Below are positions 44,959-53,828 of a stretch of DNA of 64,000 nucleotides, piece by piece (within the stretch, counting starts at the first letter, position 1; the number at the start of each line of letters is the position of its first letter). The notes beneath the pieces are model-generated. The model did not search any database and was not told the DNA's origin. It saw only the letters and a program-made list of their open reading frames with translations. The translations under genes were made by a program, and so were the position numbers. The stretch lies in the NCBI GenBank assembly GCA_036513415.1, contig DATBZA010000107.1, forward strand, positions 37,773 through 101,772, in the 5' to 3' direction. The DNA comes from Myxococcales bacterium (GTDB lineage: Bacteria; Myxococcota; Myxococcia; Myxococcales; 40CM-4-68-19).

Positions 44959-47055
44959 TTGCAGGACGATGCGAGCAGCAGGGGACGAAGCGCGCCTCTG
45001 GGAGCGACGCCCTGTGACGGCGGCGTCAACTTCAGCGTCTACTCGCGCGGAGCCACCGGCGTGGAGTTGCTGCTCTTCGACCGGGAGAACGATGCACGCG
45101 CGACCCGGGTCATCCCGCTCGACCCCGCGGCGAATCGGACTTACCACTACTGGCACGTCTTCGTGTCGGGCATTCGGCAGGGCCAGATGTACGGGTATCG
45201 CATGCACGGAGCGTGGGACCCCGCGAGCGGGATGCGCTTCGACCCGACCAAGGTGCTCCTCGATCCCTATGGCCGAGGCGTCGTGGTTCCGAAGAGCTAC
45301 AGCCGCGAAGCGGCGTGCGGGGAAACCGACACCGCCGCGTCGGCGATGAGGAGCGTCGTGGCCGACGTTTCCGCGTACGACTGGGAGGGCGATGTCCCGC
45401 TGCAACGGCCGTCGTCGCGGACCATCATCTACGAGATGCACGTGAGAGGGTTCACGTGCCATCCCAGCTCCGGGGTTTCGGAACAAAAGCGGGGGACCTA
45501 CGCCGGCGTGGTCGAGAAGATTCCCTATCTCCAGCAGCTGGGCATCACCGCCGTCGAGTTGCTGCCGGTGTTCCAGTTCGACGCCCAGGATGCTCCGCTC
45601 GGACGGATCAACTACTGGGGATATGCGCCGATCTCGTTCTTTGCGCCGCACCACGCCTACAGCTCCGGTCAGGATCCGCTCGCCCCGATCGACGAGTTCC
45701 GCGACATGGTGAAGGCGCTCCACCGCGCAGGGATCGAGGTCATTCTCGACGTCGTGTTCAACCACACCGCGGAAGGCGACCACCGCGGACCGACGCTGAG
45801 CTTCCGCGGACTGGACAACGCCACATACTACATCCTCGAAGAGGATCACTCACGCTACGCCAATTACAGCGGCACGGGGAATACGCTGAACGCCAATCAT
45901 CCGATCGTGCGCCGGATGATCGTGGACTGCCTCCGGTACTGGGTGGAGACGATGCACGTCGACGGGTTCCGCTTCGACCTCGCGTCGATCCTGGCGCGCG
46001 ATTCGTCGGGCCAGGTGATCCCGAATCCGCCGGTGCTGTGGGACATCGAGTCGGAGCCGGCGCTGGCGGGGACGAAGCTCATCGCTGAAGCATGGGATGC
46101 AGTTGGTCTGTACCAGGTGGGGACCTTCGTCGGGGACAGTTGGAAGGAATGGAACGGACGCTTCCGCGACGACGTCCGCAGCTTCTTCCGCGGCGACGAA
46201 GGCTCCATCGGCGCGTTTGTCGACCGGTTCATCGGCAGCCCGTCGTTGTACGGCCACAAGGAGCGCGAGATCGAGGAAAGCATCAACTTTGTCACGTCTC
46301 ACGATGGCTTCACCCTCAACGATCTCGTCTCCTACGACCGCAAGCACAACGAAGCGAACGGCGAGGACAACCGGGACGGCGCCGACGACAACCGAAGTTG
46401 GAACTGTGGAGTGGAAGGCCCGACGGAAGATCCCGCGGTCGACAAGCTGCGAACGCGACAGGTGAAGAACTTCTTCACCGTGACGATGCTCTCCGGGGGG
46501 ATGCCCATGATGCTCATGGGCGACGAAGTGCGGCGTACGCAGGGCGGCAACAACAACGCCTATTGTCAGGACAACGAGACCAGCTGGTTCGACTGGACCC
46601 TGCTCGCGAAGCGGGCCGACGTGCTCCGGTTCGTGAGCTTGCTCAATGCTCGCCGGGTCTTGCGAGACGTCGAGCACGAGCGGCAGCGGGTAGCCCTGAA
46701 CCAACTGATCCGCCAGGCCGACCTGACCTGGCACGGCGTGAGACTCCACGAACCTGACTGGGGTCACGACTCGCACAGCGTGGCTTTCACGACGAAGTTC
46801 GCGAACGAACCAGGTCTCTTTCACATCATTCTCAATGCGTACTGGGAACCGCTCGAATTCGAGCTGCCGCCGGCCGCCGGCGGCGCCGGACATCCATGGC
46901 ACCGATGGATCGACACCTTTCTCGACTCTCCGCACGATATCGCTGATTGGGAGCGGGCACCCTTGGTTTCCGGCGACAGCTATCGGGCGGAACGCCGGTC
47001 CGTGGTGGTGCTGTTCGCGGGCGTCGAACCGGCTCCTACTGCAACGCCGACGTGA
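44959..47055 (+). CDS. glgX: glycogen debranching enzyme (isoamylase-type)
   Basis: PLGATPCDGGVNFSVYS, YEMHVRGFT, GYAPISFFAP, VILDVVFNHT, DGFRFDLAS, IAEAWD, FVTSHDGFTL. TTG 44959 start is uncertain. Confidence 0.9.
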   Translation: MQDDASSRGRSAPLGATPCDGGVNFSVYSRGATGVELLLFDRENDARATRVIPLDPAANRTYHYWHVFVSGIRQGQMYGYRMHGAWDPASGMRFDPTKVLLDPYGRGVVVPKSYSREAACGETDTAASAMRSVVADVSAYDWEGDVPLQRPSSRTIIYEMHVRGFTCHPSSGVSEQKRGTYAGVVEKIPYLQQLGITAVELLPVFQFDAQDAPLGRINYWGYAPISFFAPHHAYSSGQDPLAPIDEFRDMVKALHRAGIEVILDVVFNHTAEGDHRGPTLSFRGLDNATYYILEEDHSRYANYSGTGNTLNANHPIVRRMIVDCLRYWVETMHVDGFRFDLASILARDSSGQVIPNPPVLWDIESEPALAGTKLIAEAWDAVGLYQVGTFVGDSWKEWNGRFRDDVRSFFRGDEGSIGAFVDRFIGSPSLYGHKEREIEESINFVTSHDGFTLNDLVSYDRKHNEANGEDNRDGADDNRSWNCGVEGPTEDPAVDKLRTRQVKNFFTVTMLSGGMPMMLMGDEVRRTQGGNNNAYCQDNETSWFDWTLLAKRADVLRFVSLLNARRVLRDVEHERQRVALNQLIRQADLTWHGVRLHEPDWGHDSHSVAFTTKFANEPGLFHIILNAYWEPLEFELPPAAGGAGHPWHRWIDTFLDSPHDIADWERAPLVSGDSYRAERRSVVVLFAGVEPAPTATPT

Positions 47056-47085
47056 TGGGGGGCGGCGAGGCGTCATCACGAGATG

Positions 47086-47101
47086 GGGCACATCGCCTGC
47101 T
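47086..47101 (+). promoter_or_regulatory. candidate sigma-54 promoter GGGCAC-N5-CTGCT
   Basis: GGCACATCGCCTGC is almost identical to the core at 5216 (GGCACGTCGCCTGC). Intergenic, about 50-nt leader, GGAGG SD before ATG 47162. Confidence 0.45.
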
Positions 47102-47161
47102 GTGGCAGGCCGCTGCGGCGTTCTGTTAGATTCAGGCTGTGGGGAAGGGGCATGGAGGCAC

Positions 47162-48718
47162 ATGGGCGGTGGCGCCAGAGCGGGAATGGCCACAGCGGTT
47201 CGCGCTGCGGTTCGAGCCATCGCGCCGCAGCGCCTGCTACCGCTGAGGGGTACCCGATCCGCGATTGAGCGGTACGGTGTTGCAGCCGCGGCCGTCGCCG
47301 TTGCACTCGGGGCGGCACTGCTTCTGCAGCGGTCTCGCATCGAGCGCCTGGAATTCCCGATCTTCCTGTTCGAGATCGCGCTGGTCGTCTGGTTCCTCGG
47401 GGTCGGACCTGCGATTCTCGCGGTCGTACTCTCGAGTCTGGCTTTCGACTACTACTTCACGGAGCCCCTTCACAGCTTCTCGGTCAACTCGACCGACCTC
47501 GCGTACTACGTCGTCTTCATCCTGTTCGCGCTCCTGATCACCTGGTTCAGCGCCATCCGGCGCCGCTTCGAGCAACAGCTGCTGCAATCGCGAGACGAGC
47601 TCCGGAAGGAAGTGGCCGTGCGAAGCCAGCAGGCCAGCCTCCTGAACCTGACTCACGACACGATTTTCGTCCGCGACATGAGCGACACAATCACCTACTG
47701 GAATCGAGGAGCCCAGGAGTTGTACGGGTGGACGGCAGAGCAGGCGATGGGGAAGCACAGCCACGAGCTCTTGCAAACGGATTTTCCCATACCGATCGAT
47801 GAAGTTCGCGCGGAATTGCTGCGCACCGGCCGCTGGGAGGGCGAGCTGCAGAAGACGAAGGCCGACGGATCGCGGATCGTAGCGGCAAGCCGATGGTCTC
47901 TGCGGCGAGACGAGCAGGGCCGGCCGCTCGCCATCCTGGAAACGAACAACGACGTGACCGATCGCAAGCGACGGGAAGAGGAAATTCGCAAGCTCAACCA
48001 CGAGCTGGGAAAAAGAAGCGGCGAGCTCGAGGCCAGCAACAAAGAGCTGGAAGCCTTTGCTTATTCCGTCTCACACGACCTGCGTGCGCCACTTCGCCAC
48101 ATGGTCGGGTTTACCGAGCTGCTGCAAAAGCATGCGTCATCGGCTCTGGATGAAAAGAGCAAGCGATACATGACGACGATCCTGGATTCGGCGAAGCGGA
48201 TGGGCAACTTGATCGATGACCTCTTGTCCTTTTCGAGGATCGCACGTACGGAGACGCGAGAGACGACGGTCAGCCTGGAGCAACTGGTCAAGGAAGTCCG
48301 GGCTGAAATGCAGCCGGAGACAGGCGGGCGCAACATCGCTTGGAGGGTCGGCGAGTTGCCCGATCTCTATGGAGATCGCTCGATGCTCAGGCTCGCGCTG
48401 GTCAATCTCATTTCCAATGCCGTCAAGTTCACACGCAAGCGCCCGCAAGCCGAGATCGAAATCGGTTGTCTGGAGAAGAAGAGCGATGGAGTGACGATGT
48501 TCATCAAAGACAACGGAGTTGGTTTCGACATGAAGTACGTCAACAAGCTGTTTGGCGTATTTCAACGGCTTCACCGGCCCGAGGCTTTCGAAGGCACCGG
48601 CATCGGTCTGGCCACCGTGCAACGGATCATCCATCGCCATGGAGGCAGAGTCTGGGCTGAGGCCCTCGTGGATGGAGGCGCAACGTTCTTCATCTCGATT
48701 CCTAGCCGCGGGAGATGA
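47162..48718 (+). CDS. membrane-anchored PAS sensor histidine kinase (phytochrome-type HisKA output)
   Basis: The N-terminal TM module and first PAS are paralogous to the kinase at 5828..8221. H-box FAYSVSHDLRAPLR. HATPase DNGVGFD, GTGIGLATV. Confidence 0.9.
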   Translation: MGGGARAGMATAVRAAVRAIAPQRLLPLRGTRSAIERYGVAAAAVAVALGAALLLQRSRIERLEFPIFLFEIALVVWFLGVGPAILAVVLSSLAFDYYFTEPLHSFSVNSTDLAYYVVFILFALLITWFSAIRRRFEQQLLQSRDELRKEVAVRSQQASLLNLTHDTIFVRDMSDTITYWNRGAQELYGWTAEQAMGKHSHELLQTDFPIPIDEVRAELLRTGRWEGELQKTKADGSRIVAASRWSLRRDEQGRPLAILETNNDVTDRKRREEEIRKLNHELGKRSGELEASNKELEAFAYSVSHDLRAPLRHMVGFTELLQKHASSALDEKSKRYMTTILDSAKRMGNLIDDLLSFSRIARTETRETTVSLEQLVKEVRAEMQPETGGRNIAWRVGELPDLYGDRSMLRLALVNLISNAVKFTRKRPQAEIEIGCLEKKSDGVTMFIKDNGVGFDMKYVNKLFGVFQRLHRPEAFEGTGIGLATVQRIIHRHGGRVWAEALVDGGATFFISIPSRGR

Positions 48719-49182
48719 ACATGCTGGACAACCTGGGACGTATTTTGATGGTTGAAGACGACCCCAAAGACGTCGAGCTCACCCTGACGGCGTTGGAGGA
48801 CTACAACCTCACCAATGAGGTCGTCGTCACTCGTGACGGGGAAGAGGCCCTGGACTATCTCTATTGCCGGGGCAGCTTCAAGATGCGTACGAATGAAAAT
48901 CCTGCGGTCCTGCTGCTTGATCTGAAGTTGCCCAAGATCGACGGACTGGAGGTGCTGCAGCAGATCAAGTCCGATGAGAAATTGAAGATGATTCCCGTCG
49001 TGGTGCTGACCTCGTCTCGCGAAGAAAGGGACATGGTCGCAAGCTACAAGCTGGGCGTGAACGCTTACGTAGTGAAGCCGGTCGATTTTCACGAGTTCGT
49101 CAACGCGATCAAGGAGCTTGGGGTTTTCTGGGCCATCATCAATGAGCCGCCACCTGGGAGCGTAAAGAGGAAGCAAGTGTGA
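48715..49182 (+). CDS. single-domain response regulator (Rcp1-like REC)
   Basis: ILMVEDDPKDVELT...LLLDLKLPKIDGLEVL...KPVDFHEF. ATG overlaps the kinase stop (ATGA). Confidence 0.9.
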   Translation: MNMLDNLGRILMVEDDPKDVELTLTALEDYNLTNEVVVTRDGEEALDYLYCRGSFKMRTNENPAVLLLDLKLPKIDGLEVLQQIKSDEKLKMIPVVVLTSSREERDMVASYKLGVNAYVVKPVDFHEFVNAIKELGVFWAIINEPPPGSVKRKQV

Positions 49183-50672
49183 GGCCCCTTCACATTCTCC
49201 ATCTCGAAGACGATCCGAGTGACTCGGAGCTCGTTCAAGCGCGGCTGGAGGTGGACTGTGTCGCCTGCCACGTAACGCGTGTCGAGACCGAGGTTGATTT
49301 CTGCGCCTCGCTCGACCGAGGTGGCTATGACCTCATCCTTGCGGATTACACGCTTCCCTCGTTCGACGGCCTTTCAGCGTTGAAGATCGCGCTGGAAAAG
49401 CGCCCGGAAATGCCGTTCATCTTCGTTTCTGGAACGCTGGACGAGGAGCTGGCGATCGAAGCGCTCAAGATCGGGGCGACGGACTACGTCTTCAAGACTC
49501 GTCTGTCGAGGCTCCTCCCTTCGGTTCAAAGAGCGCTTCGCGAAGGCGAGGAGAGAGCCGAGCGCAAGCGGGCAGAGGAAGGCCTGCGCCGGAGTGAGGC
49601 TTATCTGGCCGAGGCACAGAGACTCAGCCACACGGGCAGTTTCGGCTGGGACCTTTCCAGCGGCGATATCTATTGGTCACTGGAGACCTTTCGAATATTT
49701 GAGTTCGAGCCGGTGACCAAGCCGACATTGGAGCGAGTGCTGCAACGAACCCACCCGGAAGACAGGTCGACTGTCCGGCAGCTCATCGATTCCGCTTCAG
49801 AGGAGAGAAAGGGGTTTGATTTCGAGCATCGGCTGCTGATGCCGGATGGCGCCGTCAAGTACATCAGAGTGGTCGCTCATCCTTCGACAAGCGGCCCGGC
49901 GTTCGTAGGAGCGGTGACGGACATCACCGAGAGCAAGCGGGCGCAGGAAGCTCTGCGAACGAGCCAGGCAGAGCTCGCTCACGTCACTCGCATCATGACG
50001 ATGGGGGAGTTGGCCGCTTCCATCGCCCACGAAGTCAATCAGCCGCTCTCCGCCATCGTCGCCAGCGGCAGCGCCTGTATTCGCTGGCTCGACGGTCCCG
50101 TCCCCAGTCTTGCGGACGCGCGCGAAGCGGCCCAGCGCATCGTCCGAGACGGGAAGCGAGCGGGCGAGGTGATCGCACGAATCCGCGCACTGACGCGGAA
50201 AGCGACCACCGAAAAGGAACGTCTCGACCTCAACTGCACGATCGAGGAGGTCGTCGCCCTCGTCGGGGGCGAGATCCTGAAGAACCGGGTGGCGCTTCGA
50301 ACGGAGCTTCGAGATCACCTCCCCGCAGTATTGGGCGATCGCATCCAACTGCAGCAACTGGTGCTGAACCTCGTCATGAACGCGATCGAAGCCATGAGCG
50401 CAGTTGCAGACCGGCCTCGGGAGTTGGCCATCACGACCCAGAACGTCGAGACGGATCAGGTGGTCGTGGCGGTGCGAGACTCGGGAGTTGGCCTCGACCC
50501 GAAGAGCAGCGAACGCATCTTCGAAGCTTTCTATACGACCAAGCCGGCAGGCATGGGCATGGGGCTATCGATCAGCCGATCGATTGTCCAGAATCACGGG
50601 GGCCGCCTCTGGGCGGTAGCGAACGACGGCCCCGGCACTACGTTCCAATTCACCGTTCCCAAGTACGAGTAA
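49179..50672 (+). CDS. hybrid REC-PAS histidine kinase
   Basis: GTG overlaps the upstream stop (GTGA). REC (ILHLEDDPSDSEL...ILADYTLPSFDG). PAS (SEAYLAEAQRLSHTGSFGW...). H-box [26 protein letters not shown]. HATPase. Confidence 0.9.
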   Translation: MRPLHILHLEDDPSDSELVQARLEVDCVACHVTRVETEVDFCASLDRGGYDLILADYTLPSFDGLSALKIALEKRPEMPFIFVSGTLDEELAIEALKIGATDYVFKTRLSRLLPSVQRALREGEERAERKRAEEGLRRSEAYLAEAQRLSHTGSFGWDLSSGDIYWSLETFRIFEFEPVTKPTLERVLQRTHPEDRSTVRQLIDSASEERKGFDFEHRLLMPDGAVKYIRVVAHPSTSGPAFVGAVTDITESKRAQEALRTSQAELAHVTRIMTMGELAASIAHEVNQPLSAIVASGSACIRWLDGPVPSLADAREAAQRIVRDGKRAGEVIARIRALTRKATTEKERLDLNCTIEEVVALVGGEILKNRVALRTELRDHLPAVLGDRIQLQQLVLNLVMNAIEAMSAVADRPRELAITTQNVETDQVVVAVRDSGVGLDPKSSERIFEAFYTTKPAGMGMGLSISRSIVQNHGGRLWAVANDGPGTTFQFTVPKYE

Positions 50673-50815
50673 GAGCGGTCGTCAGTGGTCCCGTATCCTT
50701 GCAACCCGCCGCGGTTGGCGGAAGCGGAGCTACGGGTGGGCACTCGATCTACCCGGCCCAGACCGCCGGCAATGTCAGACCCCTCTGGCAATCTGTCCCC
50801 AATCAAATGGGATAG

Positions 50816-51183
50816 CTCGAATTCAAATTGCCGCAGCGAGGTGGACGCCGTCGCGGCGCCGGACGCAAGCCAAAAGGGCCACGACCGATGGTGTCGCACA
50901 AGGCACCCCGACCGAGCTGGTCAACGCGATCGCATACGTTCTTGGGAACCACGCGCATCACCACGGGGGGCCGTCTGCCGCGGACGCGTTCTCGTCAGCG
51001 TGTTGCGATCGCAATCGCTTGATCGGCGAGCTCCGCTCCTGGCTGCTGCGCGTCGGCTGGCGGCGGGCAAGGCGAAAGCTGCCAGACTGGATTTCGGGAA
51101 TGCCTGGAACCTTGCGGGCTGCGCGGCTACGCTCGGGCGAATGGCCGTCGACCGAACCGCTCCTCACATCCGCATCACCGTAA
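50816..51183 (+). pseudogene. probable internally deleted, frameshifted remnant of an IS200/RayT-like (Y1) transposase gene
   Basis: One frame reads LPQRGGRRRGAGRKPKGPRPMVSHKAPRP. After a frame change near 50910 it reads ELVNAIAYVLGNHAHHHG...DAFSSA...SWLLRVGWRR...* (stop 51181-51183). From memory, these resemble the N- and C-terminal ends of that family. The HUH/Tyr catalytic core is absent. Confidence 0.4.
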
Positions 51184-52361
51184 GCGATGCGCGCCGAATC
51201 GCGATCGCCGCGCAGCGGATTGTGGGAGCCCCACCGGCGACGCGGAAGGGGATCCTCGAAGTCGTCCGCGACGTCGGATACCTCCAACTCGATCCGATCA
51301 ACGTCGTCGCGCGGAACCCCCAGCTCGTGCTCTGGACCCGGCTGGGCCGCTACGATCCGGCGCTCCTCGAGGGGTTGCTCGCGAAGCGCGAGCTCTTCGA
51401 GACGGTCTCGCTCATCGTCCCGACCAGCGACCTGGCCGTCCACTCGGCGACGATGCGCGCGTACCGGCGAGCGACGGACCCGGGCGCCGCCCGGTCGGCG
51501 CACGGTAGTCTCGCCGGTGCGGGCGGCGGCACGTGGCCGCAGCGCGCGGCAAAGTTGCTGGCGCAGAACCCGCAGCTCCGGCGCAGCGTGCTCATGCGTC
51601 TGCGGCGCGAAGGCCCGCTTCCACTGACCGCGTTCGAAGATCGGGCCCTCGTCAGCTGGACCTCGGGCGTGTGGAACGACGAGCGGAACGTGACGATGAT
51701 GCTCGCGATCCTCCAGCGCCGTGGCGAGGTCGTCGTCGCGGGACGCAGCCGCGGGCGGAAGCTGTGGGCGCTCGCCCAGGGCTGGCTGCCGAAATCCGTG
51801 CCGCTCTCCGGGCCCGCTCTCGAGCGCGAGGCGACCTTGCGGGCGCTGCGTGCGATGGGCGTGGCGACGCTGAAGCAGCTGCGCTGGCACTACGCGTTCG
51901 CGCGGCACGTGACGCAGCACGCACTCGCCGCGCTGGTGCGCGAGGGCGCTGCAGTGCGGGTGGAGATCGCCGACGCTGCTTGGAAGGGCCCGCATTACGC
52001 GCTGGCCGGCGTCCCGATGCGCGACGGCTGGGAGGGCCGGACGACGTTGCTGTCGCCGTTCGACAACCTCATCATCGACCGCGCCCGCACCGAGCAGCTC
52101 TTCGGCTACCGCTACCGCATGGAGATCTATACTCCTCCGCACCTTCGGAAGCTCGGGTACTGGGCGATGCCCGTGCTCCACGGCGACCGCATCGTCGGGA
52201 GCGTCGATCCACGCTTCGAGCGCGCGCGGGGCGAGCTGGTCGTCAACAAGGTGGTGCTCGAGCCCAGTGCGCCAGGAAATGTCATGCGTCACGTCAAGGG
52301 CGCGGTCGAAGAGCTTGCAGCATTCGTAGGTGCGACGAAGGTGCGCTGGCCGCGAGCGTAA
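51141..52361 (+). CDS. YcaQ-like winged-helix DNA-binding protein (DUF1006; interstrand-crosslink glycosylase family)
   Basis: 406 aa. ISVSDARRIAIAAQ..., GYLQLDPINVVARN, LFGYRYRMEIYTPPHLRKLGYWAMPVL motifs recalled for the family. Confidence 0.7.
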   Translation: MAVDRTAPHIRITVSDARRIAIAAQRIVGAPPATRKGILEVVRDVGYLQLDPINVVARNPQLVLWTRLGRYDPALLEGLLAKRELFETVSLIVPTSDLAVHSATMRAYRRATDPGAARSAHGSLAGAGGGTWPQRAAKLLAQNPQLRRSVLMRLRREGPLPLTAFEDRALVSWTSGVWNDERNVTMMLAILQRRGEVVVAGRSRGRKLWALAQGWLPKSVPLSGPALEREATLRALRAMGVATLKQLRWHYAFARHVTQHALAALVREGAAVRVEIADAAWKGPHYALAGVPMRDGWEGRTTLLSPFDNLIIDRARTEQLFGYRYRMEIYTPPHLRKLGYWAMPVLHGDRIVGSVDPRFERARGELVVNKVVLEPSAPGNVMRHVKGAVEELAAFVGATKVRWPRA

Positions 52362-52459
52362 TCACGAGAACGCTAGAGTGGTGACCGGTGTCGATGACAT
52401 GGACAGATGTTTCGACATTTGCCGGCGAACGCAACCCTCGATTCCTGGTGATCCTTCGT

Positions 52460-52475
52460 TGGCACGTCCGCTGCA
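52460..52475 (+). promoter_or_regulatory. candidate sigma-54 promoter TGGCACG-N4-CTGCA
   Basis: TGGCACGTCCGCTGCA is nearly identical to TGGCACGTCGCCTGCA at 5215. Intergenic, upstream of the TolC-adaptor-RND operon. Confidence 0.5.
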
Positions 52476-52496
52476 CTGGTCGGGTCGACAACCACC

Positions 52497-53828
52497 ATGG
52501 TCAACCCACCCAAGCGAACGCTGCACTGCATGGCACCTCTTGCTCTGCTGCTCCTCCTGGCCCCCCGGGCCTCGATGGCCCTGCAATCGCTCGAGGTATT
52601 TGCGGCCGGAGCGCGCCAACGGAATCCGGCTGCTCTCGAAGCGCGCGCGAATCTTCGCGAGAGGGGTGCGGAAGCGGATGTCGCGCTGGGCCGCGTGCTG
52701 CCGGGCATTTCGTTCGACGGCAGGTACGCCCGGAACCAGTACAGCAGTGAGATCGATCTCGGCGCCCTCGGTGGTCCCAACCGGACGATCGTGCTGCTCC
52801 CCAAGAACCAGTGGAACGGCACCGCAACGGCGACCGTGCCGCTGGTGGACCTGGCCAACTTCCAGCGCATCGGAGCGGCAAGGACGGAGGCCGAAGCGGC
52901 CGCGCGCCAGCTGGAGGCGACGCGCCTGGAGGTCGAGGCCCAGGTCGCGCAATCGTACTACCAGCTCGTCGCGAGCGTAGCGTTGGTCGCAGCCTCGACC
53001 GAGGCGCTCGAGGTGTCGCGCGAGGGCTTGCGCCTGGCGGAGGAACACTACCGCGCCGGCACTGCAGCCAGTCTGGAGACGTCCCGGGCGCGCGCCGAGG
53101 TCGAGCAGCGCGTCCAGCAGGTGGCGTCCGCGGAGTTGCAGGTTGCCCTGGCGGCCCGCGCGCTGCTTTCCGGTTCGGGCGTGGACCCCGACCTGTCGAG
53201 CTCGGTCGAGCTCGACTTCGACGCGCGTCCCGAGCCGCCGCTGTCGGACTTCGAAAGGAGCCTTGCAAGCGTTCCCGCTGTCCTCGCGGCCGCGCTCACG
53301 ACGCGCGCCGCCGAACAGCTCTCCACTGCGCAGCGGCTCACGCTGGCTCCATCGATCGCAGGGTATTTCGCCGAGACCGGTTCCAATGCCGCTGGCTTCG
53401 TCGGGCGTGACTGGAGCTACCAGGCGGGGATCACGCTGACGTGGTCGCTCGACCTCACGACCTTCGCCAACATCCGCAGGCAGGATGCGATCCTGGACGC
53501 TGAGCGGGCCCGCGAGCTTCGCACCTGGCTGTCTTCGGGCGACGCCATCCACCAGCAGTGGAACACGGTGGCCGCCGGAATCGCCAAGAGCCGCGCGGCG
53601 CGAGCGGGAGGGCGAGCGGCTTTCCAGGCCGCCGCGCAAGCGCGAAGCCGATATGCCGTGGGGAACATCGCGCAGCTCGATCTGCTGCAAGCGCAGCGGG
53701 ACGCTTTCACCGCCGACGTGAACCGCATCCAGGCCGACGCCGAGCTCGCGAACGCGCGGGCCCAGCTTCGCCTCGCTGCCGGCCGGAGCCTTGTCGAATC
53801 AACCAACGAAAGGAATGCGCTGCCATGA
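52497..53828 (+). CDS. TolC-family outer membrane efflux protein
   Basis: Signal peptide. Two repeats of the TolC coiled-coil/beta pattern (NP.L..A...........GRVLPGISF...). ATG 52530 is an alternative start. Confidence 0.85.
   Translation: MVNPPKRTLHCMAPLALLLLLAPRASMALQSLEVFAAGARQRNPAALEARANLRERGAEADVALGRVLPGISFDGRYARNQYSSEIDLGALGGPNRTIVLLPKNQWNGTATATVPLVDLANFQRIGAARTEAEAAARQLEATRLEVEAQVAQSYYQLVASVALVAASTEALEVSREGLRLAEEHYRAGTAASLETSRARAEVEQRVQQVASAELQVALAARALLSGSGVDPDLSSSVELDFDARPEPPLSDFERSLASVPAVLAAALTTRAAEQLSTAQRLTLAPSIAGYFAETGSNAAGFVGRDWSYQAGITLTWSLDLTTFANIRRQDAILDAERARELRTWLSSGDAIHQQWNTVAAGIAKSRAARAGGRAAFQAAAQARSRYAVGNIAQLDLLQAQRDAFTADVNRIQADAELANARAQLRLAAGRSLVESTNERNALP

Noticed and set aside
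50686-50703. TGGTCC...TTGCA after the hybrid kinase gene
   Set aside because: GG and GC are 14 nt apart instead of 12, which is the wrong spacing for sigma-54.
52531-52546. TGGCAC...TTGCT inside the TolC signal-peptide coding region
   Set aside because: The spacer is 2 nt too short and the site lies inside the likely coding sequence.
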